Of a DNA stretch of 64,000 bases, positions 59,136 to 64,000 are shown one piece after another. The notes beneath the pieces were generated by a model. That model saw only the letters and a program-made list of their open reading frames with translations, did not search any database and was not told the origin of the DNA. Every line of letters begins with the position of its first letter. Position 1 is the stretch's first letter. The DNA comes from an uncultured Planctomycetota bacterium (GTDB lineage Bacteria; Planctomycetota; Planctomycetia; Isosphaerales; Isosphaeraceae). Position numbers and translations under genes: made by a program. The stretch spans positions 32,001 through 96,000 of the forward strand of contig CAWJTV010000027.1 in the NCBI GenBank assembly GCA_963845755.1. Reading direction: 5' to 3'.

Positions 59136-60518
59136 TCAGGGCATGGGGATGTCGTTGAATTCGAAGGGGACATTGATCGCGGCGCGCGTCAGGGTGTGAT
59201 ATCGCAGCTCCTTGAGCGAAGTGGACGTGGGCAGGTTGGCCAGCGTGAGGGTCGCACGGGACGTCTCGGAATTGACCGTGGAAAGGAACCAGGGAATCAC
59301 GCGGCCCTGGGAATCGAAGATCTCCAGTTGGAGGCGCTGGGTCTCGGGGCGGTAGACAGCATTGAAGGCGTCGGGCTCGGCGATTTCCGCGGTCGTCGCG
59401 CGTTCCTTGGGCTTGACGGACAGCTCGATGAGCGTCTGGCGAGCCGCGGGAATGGGCCGGATCTCATGGATGGTCAGCTCGACATCGGCGTTCTCGAACC
59501 GTTTGTCGGTGCCCTGGTTGAGGGGCACGACCAGGGGGTCGGGGTGGCGGGACGAGACGGTCAACGGGATGAAACCGCGGAGTTTCTTGATCTTGGTCCC
59601 GGCCCCGTCGGGCCGATGGAGCGGCGCCTGGAGCTGCATGACCGATCCGTTGAGCACGCCGAAGTAGTTGACGACCGGACTGCCGTCGTCCGAGGGGAGC
59701 AACGAGTGACCCCGGTCGTCTTCCGCTTCGACCACATGAAGCGTGCCGTTCTGGCTCAGGGATAACCGCGGTTCGGCCGTCACGACCAGGTGGGCCGTGA
59801 ACTGGACGCGCGTCTCCGGCTTCGGCCGGGCCGACGCAGCGCCTTGCGGCCGACGGCCCGCGGCGTTCAGTCTATTGCCCAACGGCGGTCGCAAGCCCGC
59901 GCCTACCACCGCATAGTTGAGGTGTCGCTCGTAGTCGAGGCTCAGAAGACTGACGCGGAACGGGCCGTCATCCGAGCTCGGCATGATCGGCCGCATCGCG
60001 CCGTCGGTCAGGGGAAAGGTCGCCTCACGGGGGCTCAGCGCGCCGTGGATCGATGGATTGTGCTGGAGCTGAGCGGCCTCGCAGAGTTGATCGATGGCTT
60101 TCCAGAAGGGGACCGGATCGGCCTGACGGAGCGTCACCCGCTGATATTTCCACTTGGCGAGGTTTTCGGGATAGAGGGCAACCTTGAAGCCGGTCTGCTG
60201 GCTGAGGGACCGGACAACCTGGGTCAGCGGGGCGTTATCGAAGTCGAGCCGGACCCGGCTGGGCTGGGTCAAGAGGGAGCCCTCGATCTTCTGGATGAGG
60301 TGGGACGCACGGGTCCGGATCTCCGGATCGTGCGCATCCCGGACGGCGCGGAGGACGGTCAGCGCGGGTCGTCCGAGTTGTTCCAGAGCCTTGCCGGCGG
60401 CTTCCCGTTCCGCATAGCGACCCGCGCCGAGCTGGCCCACCAGGTCGGCGAGGTCGGCCTGTGCCCGCGGCGCCTGCCCGATCAACACCAGCAGCCAGAG
60501 CTTTGCAACGAGCATCAC
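59136..60518 (-). CDS. Planctomycete-type hypothetical secreted protein
   Basis: Signal peptide; LVGQLGAGRYAEREAA...DPEIRTRA HEAT-like start; ends PFEFNDIPMP. Confidence 0.75.
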   Translation of the reverse strand: MMLVAKLWLLVLIGQAPRAQADLADLVGQLGAGRYAEREAAGKALEQLGRPALTVLRAVRDAHDPEIRTRASHLIQKIEGSLLTQPSRVRLDFDNAPLTQVVRSLSQQTGFKVALYPENLAKWKYQRVTLRQADPVPFWKAIDQLCEAAQLQHNPSIHGALSPREATFPLTDGAMRPIMPSSDDGPFRVSLLSLDYERHLNYAVVGAGLRPPLGNRLNAAGRRPQGAASARPKPETRVQFTAHLVVTAEPRLSLSQNGTLHVVEAEDDRGHSLLPSDDGSPVVNYFGVLNGSVMQLQAPLHRPDGAGTKIKKLRGFIPLTVSSRHPDPLVVPLNQGTDKRFENADVELTIHEIRPIPAARQTLIELSVKPKERATTAEIAEPDAFNAVYRPETQRLQLEIFDSQGRVIPWFLSTVNSETSRATLTLANLPTSTSLKELRYHTLTRAAINVPFEFNDIPMP

Positions 60519-60664
60519 GTGTTCCCTTCCCCGTTCTTGGAAGGCTGAAGGATGAGTTAAGGCCGGTCTGGTTCTGACTCAGCCTTCATCCCTCAGCCTT
60601 TCCCCGAAGCCCTCAACCTTTCCAACGATTCTCACTCATCCTTCATCCTTCATCGTTCCCAGGA

Positions 60665-63065
60665 TCAGTCGTTCAGCTCCTCATCGAGCTCCGAGGTGTT
60701 GCTGAGCAAGGTGAAGTTCTCGAAATTGGCGGTGAAGGGCTGGGCCGAGATGTTCGACGCGCTGAGGCCGACCTTGACCCTGGAGGGCAGGCTGAAGGCG
60801 AAGTCGCGGAAGGTGAAGATCTGATTGGTCCCTTTCGGCTCGAACAGGCATTTGATCCGGTTCTTACGCCTCTGGAGGATCAGGACCAGGTCGGTCTCGG
60901 GCAGATTCAGGTAGATGGGGTCCATCGCCTGCTTCCCATCCTTGACGGCTTCGATGACGAGGCGATGGACGGGCGTCAGCGAGCGGGTGACGATGCTCGC
61001 GGCCCGTTCGAGCCGGAAGAAGTTATTCTTGTCCTGGTAGACGATCAACCCCGCGCTCTGGAACGTGAACCCCAGCCCGCGGACCTGCCGCTCCCGGGGT
61101 GGAGTCGAGCCCGGATTCATCTCGCCGCTGACCTGGACGACGCTCACGAAGTCCCCCTCCACGTCGGTCAGGGTCATCGGGGCGTTGTTGATCGGCCGAT
61201 TCGAGTTGTCGGTGAGTTTCGGCGAGAGGGTATGCAACTTCCCCGGGATATCGATCGTGATCTTGTAATGCTGGTCGTCCTTGAACAACCGACAGTCCTT
61301 GGCCGGGTCGATCAGGGGCCCGAGTTTCTTGATGCTCGGGGCCCGGGCGAGATTGAAGATGCGTTCCACCCCGCCCGCGGGCCGGATCCGGCCGGGCTTC
61401 TCGGGGAGGGTGACCTCCTTGGGCTTGGAGTAGTGCAATCGGCCCCGGAGATCGCGATGGGCCGTCTGGACCAGGATTTTCCGGGCGCCGAGGCCCGCGC
61501 CGCTCGAGCGCGACCTGGACCTGGCCGGTAGCGGTCGGCGTCCGGGCGTCGCGCTGGAGCTCGAACGCCTTGGTCTTGGGCAAGGCCGGCCAGTTGCCGT
61601 GGCTATCGGGGTTGAGCGTGCCGACGGCGGAGGCGGGCGCGGCGTGAACGACCACGCCGCCGACCTGGATATGCGGGTTAACCAGCAGCGCCTTGACCTG
61701 GAGGCTGGCCATCCCCTGCTGGCTGGACGGCTCGAGGGTCAGCTCTACCGAGCCGACCCGGCCGTCGAGCGCCCGCCGCACTTCCTCGGCCGTAACGGCG
61801 AATCCGATCGTATCCACCGACCCCACCTTGGCCACGGCCACGCCGAAGAGCTTACCGGTCTTCTCGTCGATGATCGGGCCGCCGCTGTTGCCCGGCTGGA
61901 GCGAACCGTCTACTTGGAGCAGGTCGATATGCCCGTAAGGGTCCCGCTGGAGCCGCGAGATCAGCCCGCCGGTAATCGTGACCTCGGGGTTGCCCTTGCT
62001 CTCGGTGACCTTGCTGAGCATCCCGCCCAGCGGGAAGCCGGCCCCGATATACGTCATTCCCGAGGACGGTTCCAGCCGGTGGCTGGGATCGATCGGCGCC
62101 GGCGGCTGATTCAACCCCTTGATCAGCAAGAACGCCAGGTCCGTCTTCATCTCGTTGGAGAGATCGGCGGAGACGATCTCGGCCGGGAGGGCCTGCTCCT
62201 CCGGGAGTCCGCTCCGGAAGACGGCTTCGATCGTCGGCACGCTCCCCTCGGGAAAGAGGCCGTGGGGCAGCTCGGAGAGGTCGGGCACGGCGACGTGCCG
62301 GTTGGTCGCCACGAGCACCCGATCGCCGTTGACCTCGATCACGAATCCGCTCCCCGACGAGACAGTCTTCCCGGAGATCTTGTTCTTGATGTAGACCGAA
62401 GCATCCTTGAGCTGACGGAGGATCTCCTGGTGATCGGGAGGCGAGGCCGCCGCGGAGATCGAGGCCGAAGGCGCGGGCGTGGTCACGGTGAGCGAGGGAG
62501 TTGGCGTCGGAGCCACCGCGGCCCGGTTCTCGCCCGAGACGGCCGTCAGCGCCGTCGGGGTGATCCCCGGGGCGGAGGGTGCCGGGGCCGGTGCCTGCGA
62601 GACCGACGGTGCCTCCGGTTGAGCCGCGAACTCGGCCTTGGCAATCGGCGCGGGCTGTCCTCCCCCACCGCCGCCGCGCGACAGCACCAGGGTCAGGATC
62701 ACACCCAGCAAGACGATCACCAGCCCGCTGACCCCCAGCAGTGCATACAGGAGAACGTGGTTCCCGGCCGCGGCTGGGGCACCGGCCGGCGCAGGAGCTG
62801 ACCGCCGACGGCCGGCGGGACCGAGGGCTCCCGACGGTGCGCCACGGACGACGTCGCCCTCATCATGACGCGCCGGACCGGATGCGTTCGATGGCGACCC
62901 GGCCGGCCGACGTGCCCCCGGGGCCGGTGCGGAACCCGACTGGCCGGCGTCCGCGCCGACGTCGAAGACCACGCCGCACTTGGGGCAGCGGATCCGCGCG
63001 ACCTTTGCATCGTCCGGGACGGCCCCCTTCGACTGGCATGATGGGCAGGTTACCACCCGGGCCAT
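60665..63065 (-). CDS. Zinc-ribbon, TM, trypsin-like serine protease with C-terminal ConA-like (DUF1349-like) domain (frameshift near 61490)
   Basis: CPSC...CPKC; SGSGFVI, ATNRHV, TDLAFL, PGNSGGP; C-terminal QSAGLIVYQDKNNFFRLE. Confidence 0.85.
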
Positions 63066-64000
63066 GGCGCCCTCCTGTCGGGTTGTCCGCCTGAGCTGGG
63101 AAACGGAGAGAAACGACCGAAATGCCCGCAATCTGCCGTGGGGTCCCGGCGTCCCCTGCGTTTTCCGGAGAGGCCGACGGGATCTTAGGACTCCCGGAAA
63201 CGACTCCCTTCGCGTTCGCGAGTCGTTCATTATTCGAACGACTCGGACCGCCCATTGCAAGCAAGAAACCCCGGGACCATGGGTTTTTGCGTGGGCACCT
63301 TGAGAATCCTTGGAAGACACATCACGTTTTCGTGATCGCCGGGACACCGGGATCGTCGTCGGTGTTCGTCGCGACGGACACGCTCCCGTGCCATGCCCTG
63401 GGACGCCGGGGGTCGCATGGCCCCATCGGCGATCGCGACGCGGGTTTTCCGGCCTTGAGGACGTGATCGGGGCGTGGCACAAACTGTCACTCGTGGGCAG
63501 CATTTTGACGAGGCCCCCTCGTCCCACTCGCCGTTTTCCGCCCGGGAACCGGGCCGGCCGGCGTGCCCTCGGGGGGCGAGGAAGTGAGCAGGATCGACCA
63601 AGGGGATTCCGACTGTGAGGACGGACGACTTGGGCACGCCGGCACGATGCCGTGGCGCCGAACTTCGACAGCGGATGGCGTCACGCACCATCCCGATACT
63701 ATCAGGATGCCTCAAGTTTGAAATTTCGTTAATGCACCTACGGCGAAATCGGGCGTTCCTCGCGGTGGAACTCCTGGCGCTACCACGAGATGAAGAAATC
63801 GAAAAAAATTTTGAGCCTGTAGACTGCGCCACCGGACCGGGTGCTCGGCCCGTGGTCACCGCCGACTCCAGGTCTGACCCGCCGATTCCCGTGCGCATTC
63901 CAAATCGTGAGCCGCGCGAGCCGGCCGGAATCCTTGAGGATGGCCCGCGGCCTACGAGCCGTTGCGGCTGAGGGCGATGGCCGTCGAGCCGCCGTAATCA

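Overview
GC-rich bacterial DNA from a planctomycete, probably Isosphaeraceae (inferred from 16S signatures and typical genes: DUF1559, DUF4058, TIGR03032, many Ser/Thr kinases). Many genes are split by single-base indels, which suggests an unpolished long-read assembly, so pseudogene calls are uncertain. From left to right: a Ser/Thr kinase with an ECF sigma remnant; an ankyrin protein with a structured leader; an RNA-repair cluster (hen1, SMI1/KNR4-like gene, pnkp, NADAR); a Uup-like ABC-F gene; a duplicated accessory block of two TIR + FGE-sulfatase (C-type-lectin fold) genes interleaved with Rpn/DUF4058 PD-(D/E)XK genes; toxin-antitoxin modules; a complete minus-strand rRNA operon (16S-23S-5S); two winged-helix genes and a ParB-methyltransferase fusion; GT2/LAB_N, trpC, kinases, a multiheme cytochrome, peptidases and a DcuC-like transporter. 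The main finding is that the 3' ends of the two TIR-FGE genes differ in the pattern expected from diversity-generating retroelement (DGR) mutagenesis, and both are followed by identical GGA-triloop hairpins. No reverse transcriptase or template repeat is visible in the window, so they look like remote DGR targets. Also notable: a decayed BrnT toxin gene inside the 16S-23S spacer, conserved internal start sites in the Rpn-like genes, and a candidate RBS-sequestering leader RNA. All family assignments come from motif recognition by eye, not database searches.
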